Below are positions 27,575-43,699 of a stretch of 64,000 nt of DNA, piece after piece (the first letter of the stretch is position 1; every line of letters starts with the position of its first letter). The notes below the pieces were generated by a model. The model was given only the letters and a program-made list of their open reading frames with translations. It was not told where the DNA came from and made no database searches. The position numbers were made by a program, and so were the translations under genes. Source of the DNA: Eledone cirrhosa (taxonomy: Eukaryota); the NCBI GenBank assembly GCA_964016885.1, contig OZ024747.1, positions 15,624,001 through 15,688,000 of the forward strand, read 5' to 3'.

Positions 27575-27780
27575 ACAATCGGGGAATTCGATCTGCGAAA
27601 ATTCCACTCTAGAGTTCAATAGAAGACTAGTGGTGGGAAAAGTGCGACAACACTCCCAGGGAGGCTATGGGTGTAGAGGAAATCGAATTGACCAGTCTGT
27701 GTTTTAGGAATTTCGAACCAGGGTCTATGGATAATTTCCAGAATTTCCTGGCTTGACAGTGCTATCGAAGGGGGGGGGGT
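27575..27780 (+). pseudogene. Decayed Tx1/L1-clade LINE ORF2 fragment (just upstream of the zinc knuckle)
   Basis: EFNRRLVVGK...MGVEEIELTSL/FRNFEPGSMDNFQNFLA*QCYR. Aligns by eye with the 52250-52530 fragment. Confidence 0.6.
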
Positions 27781-27800
27781 ATACTCTACAGGCAGGGAAG

Positions 27801-28024
27801 GGTGGTGGCTTGGCAGTATCAGTAGAGCATCGGGCAATATGCTTCACGACATAGAGTTACGGCGCTTTACGTTCTGAGTTCAAATCCCGCTGAGGATAGC
27901 TTTGCCTTTCATCCTTCCAGGGTCGATAACATAAAGTACCAGTAATTTACTGCGGTCGATTTAATCGACTTTCCACTCTCCCAAAATTACTGGCCTTGTG
28001 TCTAGAATAGAAATGATTATTATT
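27801..28024 (+). mobile_element. tRNA-derived SINE (long 3' variant)
   Basis: TGGCAGTATCAGTAG A box, GAGTTCAAATCCC B box, GCCTTTCATCCTTCCAGGGTCGATAA core, GTCGATTTAATCGAC segment, (ATT)n tail. Confidence 0.9.
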
Positions 28025-28366
28025 AATGAAATTGATAAAATGTATAAATGACATCTTCCTCCCGAAAGTCACGGTAACTACACCTAATGGGTCATTTCAT
28101 TGCAACAAAATAATAAACTGATGCCATATTTTTCTAACAATTCAGTTATGTTCAAATCACAAACACATACATGACCAACAGTCACATAAAAAAGACAAAA
28201 CTATATATAAGAGATATACAGAAGAGATATACATGACGAGATAGGGAGTGACAATAAAAGAGAGAAAAAGAATTTTAGTTGTTTTATTACTATTCATTAT
28301 TTAATAAATAACTAAAGAAATTATCATCGTTACCATTACCATCATTATTATTATTATAATTATTAC

Positions 28367-28422
<56 letters not shown>

Positions 28423-28904
28423 GTATTCTTCTTTCTTCAGTGCGGAAGCCTTCAAATATGTTTGAATTAGTGCATGCTATAGAAATGTTGTTTTGTTATT
28501 AAACGGACAAGTGTGTTTTCATAATGGTTAGGGTTTATTTTATTTTATATTATTTATTTATTTTATACTTGTGTTTGCACGTAGGTGAGTGGTTGGTTGT
28601 GTGTTGGTATTGGTGATATTTTTGTTTGTTTTCTTTGTTTACACTTTCGGAAGCAGAATGAAATGGTGCTGTGAGCGCACAATTCCAATACAAACTAAAG
28701 AATGGATGTCTATTGTACTGGACTACATAACCTGGGCTTCTGAAGTCAAATCACGTTGTAATGGCTTCCTGCTCGAACGAGCAAACAAACAGGCGGAATT
28801 GAAAGAGTTGCACATGCTTTACAAAAATTTATCACCGACCACAAAAATGTAAACTTAAAGAACATTCATAAATGTTTACTGATCCATATAAAAGTTTTAG
28901 TATG

Positions 28905-28935
<31 letters not shown>

Positions 28936-29029
28936 CAAATGTATAAAATAAGCCGCATGTTATTTCTCTCTCCCTCTCTCTCTCTCTGTCTCCCGCTCTA
29001 CCTCCTTCTCTCTTTGTCTCTCTCTCTCT

Positions 29030-29060
<31 letters not shown>

Positions 29061-29176
29061 CATGTATAGATATATAAATATATGTATTTATATATAAATA
29101 TATATATGTACAATCGTACATATATATATACACATATATATATAGAAATATATATATATGTACATATACATATAAA

Positions 29177-29257
<81 letters not shown>

Positions 29258-29669
29258 GTTTGTATGTAATGCTTATATGTATGTATATTTCCACCTGTGT
29301 CTCAAATAACCAATTACAATTCCACATATACCACACCGATACGTTTTCTGTCTAAACTACTATATAACATCTTCATATTACTTTATCATCTTCCTACAGT
29401 TCAAAACATTTTGCATATACGTTTAAAAGTAGTGTCTCCAAACGAACGCAATCCTATATTTGTCAGAAGTGAAACACTATATGTATTTACGTACACTACC
29501 ATATGTATCCACGTACACTTGTACAACTGTTTCTGAATAATGCACTTCGTAACATATATCCTGCTTGAACAACATAACTTTGTAATTCACTATTATTAAC
29601 ATTGTATGAAAATAAATACAAAACCAGGTATTGCAGGTATTTCTAAATTTCTAACATTATTTACCGTAT

Positions 29670-29849
29670 GGTGGATTGGCAGTATCGGTAGAGGGTCGGA
29701 CGCCATGCTTTCCAGCATAGTTACGTCCTTTACGATCTGAGTTCAAATCCCGCCGAGGTTGACTTTGCCTTTCATCCTTACGGGGTCGATAAAATAAAGT
29801 ACCAGTAATGCACTGGGTAATTGCTGGCCTTGTGCCAATAGTAGAAACA
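29670..29849 (+). mobile_element. Young full-length tRNA-derived SINE with 14-bp TSD
   Basis: A box TGGCAGTATCGGT, B box GAGTTCAAATCCC, Meta/MESC-like GCCTTTCATCCTTACGGGGTCGATAAAATAAAGTACCAG. TSD ATTATTTACCGTAT at 29656-29669 and 29850-29863. Confidence 0.92.
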
Positions 29850-31545
29850 ATTATTTACCGTATAAATGCATTTCAGTATCATGATAAACTATTTATTCCT
29901 TTGTTTCAGTTCGTACTAATGATTTGTCAATGTCACTGGTTAACTCATACAGAGGCATTCCGTTTGTAACCTGCTATTTAACCTAGTTTAATACCATACA
30001 TTATGTGAATATAAAAGCGTCTGTAAGATGATTTCGTTTACCAGGTCAAAACCACAGCTCTCTGAATTATAAATATAAAGACTATTGTTTTCATCTGCGT
30101 TGTGTATGGCACTGACTGTTGTGAAACTTAGAATGAATACATTCGCAGAGCCTATCAAATGACAAAATTAATATCAGTGCACGAAGTCCATGTTGGGCGT
30201 GGTGATGTTGATTTAAAGTTAACAGTAATTCACTAATATTTGTTTATTTATTAGTGAAGTCAATACGAAGCATTGTGGTATATGTAATAAAATAACGAAA
30301 AAGGCTGGTAGAATGCGGCAGAAAAATATGAAGGTCAAATAGTAACAAATAAAACAAAACAAACTAATGTTTTACCCAGTGATTTTCAATATAATAATTA
30401 CTGCACATACATATCAGGGAGAACATGTGGACGAGAGCTTCGTCTGTTAGAAAACAACTTGAGAGATGCCACAGCCAAGACATTGGGCTCACCATAAAGG
30501 CGACAGAAAAGAATATAGGCAATTTAAGAATCAAAGAGGACCCTATTATCAACCAGAAAAAAACGCAAATAAATAATAGATCTGAATTGCACGAGGCAGA
30601 ATGTTTACAATAACGATTTAATGCATGCGTATTACAGACATGTAGGCATGTTAAGAAAGAATAATTCGTACGTTCATTTTGTTTTTAACTGTGTCAACTC
30701 CACATTTGAAAAGTGGTACTTAGCCCTGAAATATCAAGTCGAAATACACCAGATAATATATTACTTTATTTTGTTTTATTTGTCATCACATGACATTCGT
30801 ATTTTTCTACCGCATTGTACCGGCATTTAAAAAATTATCGGTATTTTTATTTATCAATTTATTTATAATATTTATGCTCAATAAATGTTAATTTGAGGGT
30901 TAATAACGAATAAAAAAAGTATATCTACATATATGAAAATATGAAAAATCCCGCTGTGATTTGAACTCGATAACTCATGCATTCACTCGTTTTATTGTTT
31001 CGGTCAATGATTTCCGGGACATTCACTTAGGTTTACGATTTTACCAATACATAATAGAAGCTTTTTTCTTGAAGAAGCTTCGCAGGCAAAGTCCATTTCT
31101 CACGAACAATTGATACGCATAAAATATCAACCCGACTGCACTCATTGAGAATAACTAACTGAAAGGAGAAAAAATATATTAACAAAGCATTGTAATAAAT
31201 ACAAGCATGCTACCACAATACTAAATACACGTGGCAAATCCATGTATTATTCCCACTCAACACCACAATCATCCGGTGTAAATCGATATGTGCACCCCAC
31301 TCTCTAAGTGATGACTCCTGACCGTCCACACCAGCGTTGATGAGGGAAATAATCCTGCAGATACAAACAACAAATGATAATCAGGAAGTTGTGCATGTAT
31401 ATGGATGCATGTGTGCAACACCATATGTCAAGCTTAAGATATATATATATATATATATTTAGAAACACACAGATACATGCGGACACACACATATATACAT
31501 GAATGCATCCGCACCCAACTGTGTATACATATATCTATATACGTA

Positions 31546-31624
<79 letters not shown>

Positions 31625-32534
31625 TATATATATATCTGTGTGTGTTTATGTATGTGTGACTCTATTTGTGTGTGCATACATGTATGTAGATATACATATG
31701 TATCCATTCATATACGTTATACATATGTTATATACTTTATATATATGTTATATATATGTAAATATATTGGGGTTGAGGCAAGCATGCATGTGTACGTGTA
31801 ACTTGCACATAGATTTTTTAAAAAAATTATTAGTGAGTATGTATATACAGATTTCTACAATATACATATGCTAGTCTTATTAAATCTTGTATCTTTTTTG
31901 TTTGCATTACATTACTTTATTAATTCCTTTTGTTTTCTCCTGCGTTTCGATATTACACAGAGTGCATTTGTCTCCGTATTGTTAAGTATATTATGTTATA
32001 TATACATATTATATTTTATTTTTATTCTTATTCTTCTTCATATCATTATTACTATACTTCATTTTATGTTTGTGCGTCTTTGCTTAAGAGATTCTCGTTG
32101 TTTTCATCGTTGATGTTTTGTATGAGTACTGTGGCGAGTTTATTTGTTATAATTACTGTGTTGTTAATATCAAAGAAAAAATAATAACATGTACGCATCG
32201 AACTACCAATTCATTATTCGATATTAAAAAAAAAGATTCTATTGTACTCATTAATATTCTTTTTCTGTATAGGTCTTAAATGGAAGCTAAAGCTTGTATT
32301 TGTTTCGTGCTAGAGGATATAATGGCGTTTTCATATACATTGTTGCAGACACAATACCTGGAGCTAAAAAAATACACTGGCAATGCATGTCTTTGTATTA
32401 ATCTCATAAAATCTTAGTTTATGGCTAGCCCTAAGTCTAACTAAACTTCTTTGATCCATCCTTTGACTGCATACACCTGCGTCAACCAAATATTGAAATC
32501 GATATTAATTCCTAATTGTTGCAAAATTGTGTGC

Positions 32535-32584
<50 letters not shown>

Positions 32585-32589
32585 CCACA

Positions 32590-32624
<35 letters not shown>

Positions 32625-32627
<3 letters not shown>

Positions 32628-32820
32628 GAAGGAAGTGTGGCAAGGAACCAGATGGACCATAACGCACCAGAGTACTCAATACTTAGGGTAGTAGAGTGGG
32701 TAATAGGAAACAGTATGACACCGACGGCAGAGTTCAAGCTGTTTCGACGGCTATTTCTGGACGAGAAATAGCCGTCGAAACGGCTTGAGATCTGCCGTCG
32801 GGGTCATACTTTTTCCTATA
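32625..32820 (-). mobile_element. Hairpin-plus-tail element, family C copy 1
   Basis: Arms ~32703-32758 / 32764-32819, tail 32625-32702, (TA)n flanks. Reverse-complement homolog of 40814-41006. Confidence 0.85.
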
Positions 32821-33224
32821 TATATATGGGGTTATGTGTATGTCTCTATATATGTATGCGTAAGTGTATAAATATGTGATTGTTTAGCGATGCTAAGCAA
32901 ATGTTAAAAACCATTATCATCATAAGTTTGTTATATCAAGTTGCGTTCATTTATCATATTAGAAAGGTAAATGTTAAAATAAAACACGATAAGTATTTCA
33001 GTTTAAAGTTAATATATCGATTCTAATAGAAAGTACAAAATATGATTATATAAAGTCGGGATTATTTTATTCAGAAATTTGGTTATCCACCCTTGCCTCG
33101 TTTTAACCCAAACATTTAAATTTAAATTTAAATTTTGAAAACCGTATGAAAATAAGTCGAATGGACATTGTTTGTCTTTTGGGTATAAGAGGAATCAATT
33201 GTTAACTAGGAACTGGTACTTGGG

Positions 33225-33990
33225 CGCGGTTAGCGTAGACAATTCTATTCCTAACATACGAAAATCACCTGAAATTCTATTTTCTGTGGCGTAGTGTTCG
33301 TGGTAATGTTCCACTGGAAGTAAAAGAGTAGGATCTCCAATCTGGTGAGATGCGGACTGGAGCTAGGTACGACGGTTAAACGGCAATATGTTGGAGGTGA
33401 TGTAGTTGTGTGACAACGTTGCCCGACATTTCAGGGAGAGCTTCATCTTGGGTTATTTCTAGGTGAGATTGAGCACCTGGCTTGTTACCTCGAACCAGTT
33501 CCTATCCACTTGGAGATTTGGGCCAACACAAACCCAATGAATTGAATTTTCTCTTCGATTATCCTACCAAAACCTTGTCGAATAGCACGTACTTGTATCT
33601 CCAGATTTCAGGCAGCAAAACCACTGATGTCTGGGTTAATCTTCGCACTTGTCAAAGTTTCTGACTCCACTAAAACGTAGCCGACCACCTCGATTTTGAG
33701 ACCATAACGTCGACACTGTCGCTATATGCCAATGAAACTATTCCACTACCTGATTCAAGCTTGGTGTCATTCAACAGCTGCAACTTCCGGAGTAGGGTTT
33801 AGGAAATCAGTACATACAGCATCAGTACATACAGAAAGGGCATCCTCAAACGCGTCAACTGAAACGACTCTACTGGGTGACCATTTACTCTGAGCACCGA
33901 GTATATACCGGTGTCCTTTAAAGTGATCCGGCCTATGAAAAGAAGACAGAAACCAGCTGTTTTAAGGACAACTTCCAAGTAGTCTAAGTT
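33225..33990 (-). pseudogene. Decayed Tx1/L1-clade LINE reverse-transcriptase fragment
   Basis: The minus strand gives, with stops and frameshifts: YLEVVLKTAGF; RVNGHPVESFQLTR; LYVL..LLRKL; AYSDSVDVMVS (YADD position); SETLTSAKINPD; GPNLQVDRNWFEVTSQV; KLSLKCRA; RLTVVP..LTRLEILLFYFQW. These are RT motifs and thumb in the correct order. Confidence 0.8.
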
Positions 33991-36442
33991 TTATGACATG
34001 TACATTTCTTTTACTCTCATTAATGTTTCATATGATAGCCTTCTAAATGCTTTATTGTCAAGCATTTAATTCGTCGACTGTTTGCCTTCAGGTTATCCAG
34101 TCATAGAATGTGATCTTTTTCCATATGCGGTACTACATATTTTAACTAACTTTTAGAACTACGTTTTGTTTAATGATTAATGCAACCGTTTTAATGACAA
34201 TATCCTGAAGCAGTTTACATGGGGTGTTATTTGTGATGCAATATTCATTTTTGTTTCATAATTGTTTTTAATTTAATTGGTGCGGCATGTTTTAAGTATT
34301 CCGCAGAAAACTTCAGTTGTATTAATTTCAAAATGAAGCAAGCGTGTTAAATCAATACATTTTTAAGTAATTTCGTTAGAAACAGAATTTGCTTTAGAAA
34401 CCTATGAAATTCACCACAGAATAAAAGAAAAGCTACACGTCAATGAAGAAGCTGTTACGTGGTCGTTCAACCTCATAGGATTCGCTACGTTCGTCCCAGG
34501 TACATGTGTAACCTATGCAAGTAACATTTCTGTTTGTATGGAATTATGCAGACACTATATATCGCTGAAGATAAACTAAATTATTCATATATAGTATTCT
34601 ACATCTTTACAATTATATTGATGCCCCTTTAAGAAAGTCATATGCAAACATATAATAGATATAAACACATAAGCAACAATACTGTCCAGCGATTGGTACC
34701 ATAAGGTAATCACAACATTTATCTGCAGCATAGATTTATGTGATTAAACATTTCAAATTATTGGTCTCCCTTTCTTCAGAGAATGAATATAGGGCATCAC
34801 ATTACGATATTTTCCAGTCAATGTGTGTGTTTATTTATTTAGTTAGTTATTACAGGATGTAATTTTAACCTTTGTTAAATATATATATAAATATTTATTT
34901 AAATACCCAGTGATTGTGTTGCAAATGTTGTTCGATTACTTCAATAACAATTAAGATTGTTTAATGTTTTATATGCATCTATTGAGATTACAACCTTATC
35001 AGAGTAAAATTGCGTTGAATTGTGGTGAAGGCACCACTCCGTTTTCGCCTGAACTGCATAATATAGTAGATACATTTGCCTCGAATCATACCATAACTCT
35101 AATATGAATAAGGAGTCATTGAATAATATCGTGCTTTTACATATGTTGATAGAAAGCCGAGATCGTCACGTCTAGAACGTCGTTTCTTATAAGTCTAAGG
35201 GGTTAAATAAAAATACTATTACAAACAATAACAGTATGTCATGAATAGCGATTTCGATAAAATGAACGGAACATTTAGGAAACGAAATTATATTCAACAT
35301 TTATATGCTGCAGCACAACAAATCACATTCACACGTAAAATATATATAAAAATAAAAGATATGTTATGATGTCCGTTAACCTTCTAATTAAAGAGTTTGG
35401 TTGATATGAAACAAAATAAATAAAGATGAAACATCTATAGGCTTACATATAGAACATCCTTTGCTCACAGAAGTCGACGTCACAGGCTGGGTTTTGTAAG
35501 AAATGCCATGAGTCAAAGGCAGCAAGATAATTATATATTGAATATAATATCATGGCTCATATGATACTCACTAATGTTTATGTATTAGTTGACAACGGTA
35601 ACTTAGGCCAGCAGAAGAGAAAGAAGGGCAAGGCTTGAATGTGATAGCGGCGAAAAAAATAAAGGAAGAAAGGCGTGTAAATTCAACTTCAAGAAAAGAA
35701 ACAGAGGTCAGGTTGATAAAAATAATATAAGTGAAGTGGTGAGGAAATCAGATGCGTATATTTTGTTAAGATGGAAAAAAGTTGTATTACTGTAATCAGT
35801 GTTGTATGAATAGAATATGTTAACAAAGGTAAAAAGATTCCGACCTTTTTCAACCAATTCAAACGTATCGTTTGATGTTTTCAAGATCTATGTAGGAATA
35901 TAAACGTATATATATTTATTTTCACCTACAGAACAACAGATAAAAGGTTCCAAACTTGTGTATTGTTTACCAGGACCCATTGGTCACAATTGTCAAGATT
36001 TCGGAACAGTTTTCTACCCTTTTCTGTCCATAGATAATTCTTATATAAAGCCCAACTGAATACATCTGAAATTCTTAATATATTTATGCAACTGTATATA
36101 AGTGTAGGCAATGCTGTAGTTATGAATAAACGGTATCAAACATGCCAGAAAGAATAAAAAACATATTATTCTAATTCATATGTGAGCAAGAATAGATGAA
36201 TACGTTTCTGTAGACAAGCATACATGCATATTTACACATGTTAAGATATATATATGCGTCTATGTATCTATGTATGAGTGTATGTATACATATATATGTG
36301 TGTTTGTATGTATATATGAATATGTATGTGTGTATGTATATATATATATGTGTGTGTTTGTATGTCTATATGAATATGTATGTGTGTATGTATATATATA
36401 TATGTGTGTGTTTGTATGTCTGTATAGGAATACATATATATA

Positions 36443-36521
<79 letters not shown>

Positions 36522-37375
36522 TCTTATATATATATAGATGTATAACTTGCTGTATGTACACGTGTTGCGATAAGCAAAGTTACACAAATGAAACAACATG
36601 AAGGACATTCTTTTCTGCTATTTACTCGATAATGTCCGTCATGAAAAAATCCTTTGATTAAGGAAGTAGCACATATTTAAAGTATACGAAAGAATGATAT
36701 AATAAATACACAAATTAATAAATAAACGTCAAAAAAAAAAGAAGAAATAAAACCAGAATTATAACCAAAGAATTAAACAACAATGAAAAAGAATGAAATA
36801 AAAACGTAAGATATTTTCAGTGTTGCTGCAAACGCCACACAACTCAATATGAAAGGGAAGTAAATGTGAAACCATTTCATATCTAGCAATAGAATTCTAA
36901 TGCGTTTGTTATCTTGCTTTGTGGTGATAATTTGTCAATGCCATGTCACCAACACTGAAACATTAATAAGGCTTTAATTTGTAGTCCACAGTGTTGTTAT
37001 TTCCATCACACAATATTTCTGAAAATTGTTTCTCGTTTTCACTGCAGCCTTCTTTTTTGGTTTCTTCGTTATGTCTTTTTATTACCCTTTCTCACCTTAT
37101 GTCAGCGCATTTAATTTATGTCCTGCCCTCTATTACATTATGCATGTTCATATATAGACGTCACATACGCGATTTTGTATATTATTTTGGTATTTTATAT
37201 TTATCATATAATAATTTCTTATGCTCGGTCATTTATACATCAACATAACATATAATTCAGAGAATATTCAATACTTTATAAATCAATTTTTCCCTCACAA
37301 CTAATTAATGGCTTTCATAGCAATCTATATATAGCATTTTCTCACTTCAATTTCTTTCTATATTTTCAGTCTCTT

Positions 37376-37523
<148 letters not shown>

Positions 37524-37533
37524 TATATATATA

Positions 37534-37594
<61 letters not shown>

Positions 37595-37596
37595 AC

Positions 37597-37636
<40 letters not shown>

Positions 37637-37660
37637 AAATATACATATATATATATCTAT

Positions 37661-37724
<64 letters not shown>

Positions 37725-37728
37725 ATAG

Positions 37729-37796
<68 letters not shown>

Positions 37797-38210
37797 TTAT
37801 AGTTGTAAATAGCAGTAGTTCTAAATTTGCTCACACATAAATGCTTATGATTTCTCTATATGTGTGTTTGTGTACGATTCTATGTATTTGAATTGTTAGT
37901 GCTATGTATAGTTTCAACCAATAATAATTCATTGCTATACTTTTAATAAGAGGAAAATGAGCAAACTAAGAAGGCTGGATACGAATATAAATGCATTCTT
38001 GTGTATGTTTATAATAAAACATGACTGTCAATGACAAACAATTTGTGCGAGATTTGTTTGAGAAATGGTCAATTGATATCTTTTTCTGCTTCACTCTATC
38101 AAACACACAGTATTGACAAGATGACCAGTGGTCAGCAAAAGATATCTATAAGAATTTACGTATGTATATGTCTATCTTCGTAAAATTAAAATAATCTCTC
38201 TCTCTCCCTT

Positions 38211-38242
<32 letters not shown>

Positions 38243-38276
38243 CACCTCTCTCCCTCTCTATCTATCTATCTATCTA

Positions 38277-38883
38277 TACTGCCCGGGCGTCACTGACCTG
38301 TGGGGCTATGTGGAACGACTATTGTCGCGGGTGGGACCAATCCAGTTGACCACCGAGTCCATTGTCATGATCAAACCGCCACCCTCCTTCAAAAACGAAG
38401 GAGAGGCGGTTTTCCTTTGTGTGATAGCTATGGCGAAAGAGGTTGTATGGTGGACAAGGTTGAAAGGGCTGAGGTCAGACACCTTTCTCTCCGGCCAACA
38501 ACTGATTCTTTTTTTCAAATACCACTTTGGAAGAAGAATCAGGATGGAGAGAGAGGTGCTGTACCCCAGCAAGTTTTATGAAAGGTGGGTGAAAGTGGCG
38601 AGAATGGCCCGAGTGAATGGGCCTTCTCTCTATATCAGCCTGTAGGTTGAGGAAAAGGAGGAGGAGAGGAAAGGAGTACAAGCTCTTCGTACTCCTGGAG
38701 ATGAGGGTTGCACATTTTTTTCGGGGGTCTGTGTTACCCATATAAACTGTCTCCCTCTATTGGGGAAAATCGACTAACTTTTAAATTCCATCTGTGATAA
38801 CATTTTACACGTTTTTATTGTATGTAAACTTCCCCCTTTGTATTTGTCCCCTTCTTTTGTGCCCCTGTGGCTAATAAAGAAAT
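38277..38883 (+). mobile_element. 5'-truncated Tx1/L1-clade LINE 3' end (ORF2 C-terminus, stop at 38645, 3'UTR, AATAAA) inserted in (TATC)n
   Basis: Open frame CPGVTDLWGYVERLLSRVG...AKEVVWWTR...FYERWVKVA...* matches the L1/Tx1 pattern after the CCHC knuckle. AATAAAGAAA near 38873. TATC repeats on both sides. Confidence 0.8.
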
Positions 38884-39312
38884 ATATCTATATATCTATC
38901 TATCAATCTAGCTACCTATGTATTTTTCATCTATCCATCTATATATATGTATATCCCTATATCTCTATATATCTATCTGTCTTCGTAACTGCATACCTAT
39001 CTACCTACACATCTTTTAAACTAACAATCTAGCCTTGTGTCTAAATAATTTGTTCTACATATATATCTCTCTTTCTACCTCGTTCTCTCACTCTTCCTCA
39101 CTTACTATTTATCCTCTATGTATCTATCTATCGATGTATTAAATTTAATTACCTACCTACCTTTCTGTCTCTCTGTCTGTGTGTTTGCATGCCTCGCAGT
39201 TAACCTATAGTTATCTATTGGGATACGTTTACTTATGTGTCTATTTTTGGACAAGAACATCAATATCAGCAACACAGCACAGATCCCGAGATCAATCCGA
39301 AGAAGGACAGAC

Positions 39313-39431
<119 letters not shown>

Positions 39432-40096
39432 TGTGTATACATATCGATATAGATAGATAGTTAAACAATGAAATAAATAGAACAAAGATATCGTGATAGT
39501 GCATATATCCTTGATAATAATTTAAGAAAAATGCTTAAGGAATTTATCATAATTGATTTTCATGAATGTAAAGTGTGATACGACAATGTCTGGAGTGACA
39601 AAAGACAGAAAGTAAAACATAATCAGTCTTCAGGCAATTTTTTATCGGATATTGTAATCAAGGTCTTATTAAATTATATTTGAAAATACGGGAATCCCAA
39701 ACACAATAAATAATTGTAACAGCAGTCAATCGCTATAGAGTATTGATTAATCGCTTAGACTATTGATTAAAAGTTAACCAGCAGTTGGTATAGAGGAGTT
39801 GTTGTCCAATTTGTTCCGTCTTTAGGGGTAATTTACTCGACTGTTGTTTCTGTTAATGTTTTCGTTTGAGATATCACCATGAAATATGGTTTAATAGAAA
39901 CCCTGTCATCATTTAGGCTAACGTGCTGGTTTCTATATATCTATAGCTAAGTGCCTGTATGTATATGTGTGTGGAGTATGTGTATGTGAGTACACGATTA
40001 CGTGTTTGTATCTCTCTCTCTCTCCCTTTCTCTTTCTATCTCTATCTCTTTCTCTCTCTATATATATATATATACATACATACCATACATACACAC

Positions 40097-40367
<271 letters not shown>

Positions 40368-40524
40368 TTGTATATCTAGTGATACACTGCATATTACCGA
40401 ATAAACATTTTGAAAGCTTTCATACACATGATTCATTTTCGTATACATATATGGCTTAGTTCTTACTGGATTCATTTTGTATAATATTCTATTTAAAAAC
40501 TACTTACCTTCCAGACAGGAAATA

Positions 40525-40619
<95 letters not shown>

Positions 40620-40813
40620 GGTGTGTAAAAAGTAAACAGAAATAACAAAGCAATCGGCACAATACATTGAATAAATGTATTAGTTTAACGCTAGAAAGAA
40701 CAGGAAAAGAGTCTTAAAGTTTTGGGGACTAGTCTTTCCCCAGAAGATAGGGTTAGAAGATAAATAGAAAGATAAAGAGAGAGTAGGGAAGGAACAAGGG
40801 TGAGAAAACACAC

Positions 40814-41006
40814 AGGAAAATGTTTGACTCCGACGTCAGAGCTCAAGCCGTTTCGATGGTTATTTCTGCACTGAAATAGCCGTCGAGACGGCTTAAGCCC
40901 TCCCGTTGGGGTCAAACATTTTCCTATTACCCACTCTACTACCCTAAGTATTGAGTACTCTGGTGCGTTATGGTCCATCTGGTTCTTTACCACACCTCAT
41001 TCGTTA
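40814..41006 (+). mobile_element. Hairpin-plus-tail element, family C copy 2
   Basis: Arms 40814-40866 / 40874-40925, then a tail with ACTC-TACT..AGTA-TT-GAGTACT ending at (TA)n. Confidence 0.85.
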
Positions 41007-41063
41007 TATGTATATATATATATATATATATAATATATCTATATCTATATATATATATATATA

Positions 41064-41098
<35 letters not shown>

Positions 41099-43515
41099 TA
41101 TTGTGTCTTGTTAAATGTAAATCTAAATGAACCTAGTTCACAGCGAAAGAAAAACTCCATCTTTCAGCACTGCACTAGATACATTATATAAAACAGCCTA
41201 TTATTCTTAAAACTTAATCGGTTATCGAACTTACACGCGGAAACTGAAAAACACTGTCGTAGCCGTAGACGTACGAGATTTGCTTCGGACGAGTATTTGT
41301 TCTATATCGATTCTTTATTGAAAAAAATATAACCATTGTTATTCTCTTTATTCGAGTTATATGAACGCATTGTAAGGAAAATCATATTCATTCTGCTTAT
41401 CTTGTGTATGATTTTCACTTGATTGTGAGATTTTTTCTATTTACGTCAAATGAGCTATTTTAGTATTTTGTATGCATATTGTATTTTGTTAGTTTAAAGA
41501 TTTAGATGTATTCTGCTTTCAGAAACTTACTATTTACACGACAAAAATAAAATATAATTATAATTTCTGTGCAAATCGTTATTATTCCTTGCATCACAGA
41601 CAAAGTTGATCTCATGTAATTGAATAATACATTACCGAATTCGTACAAACAAAATCTTAGGATCATTTTTGGCTGTGTATAAGGTGAAAGGCCCTACGTA
41701 TTAATAGATAGAGTGTACTATGTGATGCAACTCTGACAACTTATCACTTCCACCTGCATTATAGTTTGGGCTTTAAATATGTACAAGTTGTGTATCTTTA
41801 GACATAATTGCTAGTTTCAATAAAAATATGATTGAGAGCAATAGATTCGATCTGATTTTACTAGTTAGAATATGGGAAGACATGGAAAGGAGGCCCTCTA
41901 CGGCATAGCCTGATTTGCTAGAAAAAGCAGGCAAATAATGTTTGCATCATAACTTGAATTCAAAAGGTAAGTTACCGTAGCAAATTTAATTTACCTTGAA
42001 GGAAGTTACAGCAAAATTATTGAAGAAAAAAACGATAGTATTTGAACACAGAACGTAGGTGGGTGCAAATCAATAATGCATTGTATGTTTTGTCGTTCTG
42101 TACTTGCTGTCATCTATAGTTTTCTGCATATGCATTCATAAGGCTTTCGAAAATAGGGACGGACACCTTATGTTTGCTTGTACACCGCATTCCATGAATA
42201 TGTCGTGTGGGTTATAGATTAAGAATAAGCATAAGCATGTAAATGCTACTTATTTCTTTTAACCCCGAAATGATGGAAAGCAAAGTCGACGTTGTTGCAG
42301 GTTTAAATCAACATATAAAGGTTGTTGAACAATAACCGTAAATATCGGCCTCTTGTAATTCTGTCGAGTTCAACATCTCACTAATATCAAATTAGAAATG
42401 ACGTAATGAAGAATAATCAAGAAATGCTCATGTAAAGCTATGGCATTATAGATGCGATCATATAAATATAACGGATAGGGATATATTAACATATTACTAA
42501 AAATATCAGACAAATAACTCTCAAATTAGAATAAGATAAAGTGATTTTAAACCCTAAAGCTCATCGTGTTGCTGGCTATCCCAGTCTCCTTAGAGTTAAG
42601 CGACCGAGAGCACTGCCAGTTCAATGCATGCTTAATTTGCATGTCTGGTGTTCTGGAGAATAAAAAAACACTACATTGTCCAAAGATTGAACCCACGACA
42701 TTCCGACAATAAGTCGAGTTCACTAATCCCAAACCAAAACATCTTAATAAAAATCATAGTTCAGCGTCTATAAAAGAAATACGAGGACATGTTGTATAAA
42801 ACAGTTCAAGAGTCACAATTGATGGGAGAGGGAGTGAAAGTTTCACGGCTACAAAACCCTCGATTATAGAACATCTAAACTACGGCTAATATGATATTAA
42901 ACAAAAATATTTATGATAATGTACCATGTTAAGTGTTCACAAGAAGCCGTCTAATAACGCCCATTATACATCATACATATTTATTTGTCATAATGTACGC
43001 CAGATCTCTTCTATATGTCATCACAACTAAGAAGCATTATACAACAAAAAGAAAAGACGATGGCTTAAAAACAAAAATTAATGGGAATATGAATAAGATG
43101 TATGTATGGATGTTTTTTATACAAAGGCAGTACACTTATAACTGGATTTCATAAAGAGAATCATAAAATTAACTAGTCTCTGGACAACAATCAACGTGCA
43201 AACAATGAAATCAATACACATAAGGGTTGGACTCATAATATGTCATCGAAATCAATACTTTAGTTCGGATATAATAAATATATTCTAAGGAGGAAAGTCT
43301 AGGAAAGGAAGAGGACAATGGCAATCTTACAAGGTACATGTGGCTTATTGTATTATTGAAAAAATATCATCAAAGGAGAAGAAACCGCAGACGTTATCCT
43401 AATTGAACAAAAGTTGTTTATAAAACTAAAACAAATACCTTTAAACAACGACCATTCCACGAAATTTGACCTGATGTATATATATATACATATATATTAA
43501 TATATATATATATAC

Positions 43516-43553
<38 letters not shown>

Positions 43554-43554
43554 G

Positions 43555-43587
<33 letters not shown>

Positions 43588-43699
43588 AAGAAAATGTGGT
43601 AAGTTCGGAGGTACCTGTTGGAACGGATGAAACCCAATGAAGATATCTTCATTGGGCTTATGCCATTAAGTTCACATGAAGATATGTCACTATCTTAAC

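Noticed and set aside
28589-28852. 87-aa ORF with a hydrophobic N-terminus and non-repetitive C-terminus
   Set aside because: No recognisable family, GTG start, and the hydrophobic part comes from GT-rich low-complexity DNA. It cannot be supported as an exon without RNA or homology data.
29670-29760. tRNA gene (A and B boxes)
   Set aside because: It is the head of a multi-copy SINE; no cloverleaf is evident.
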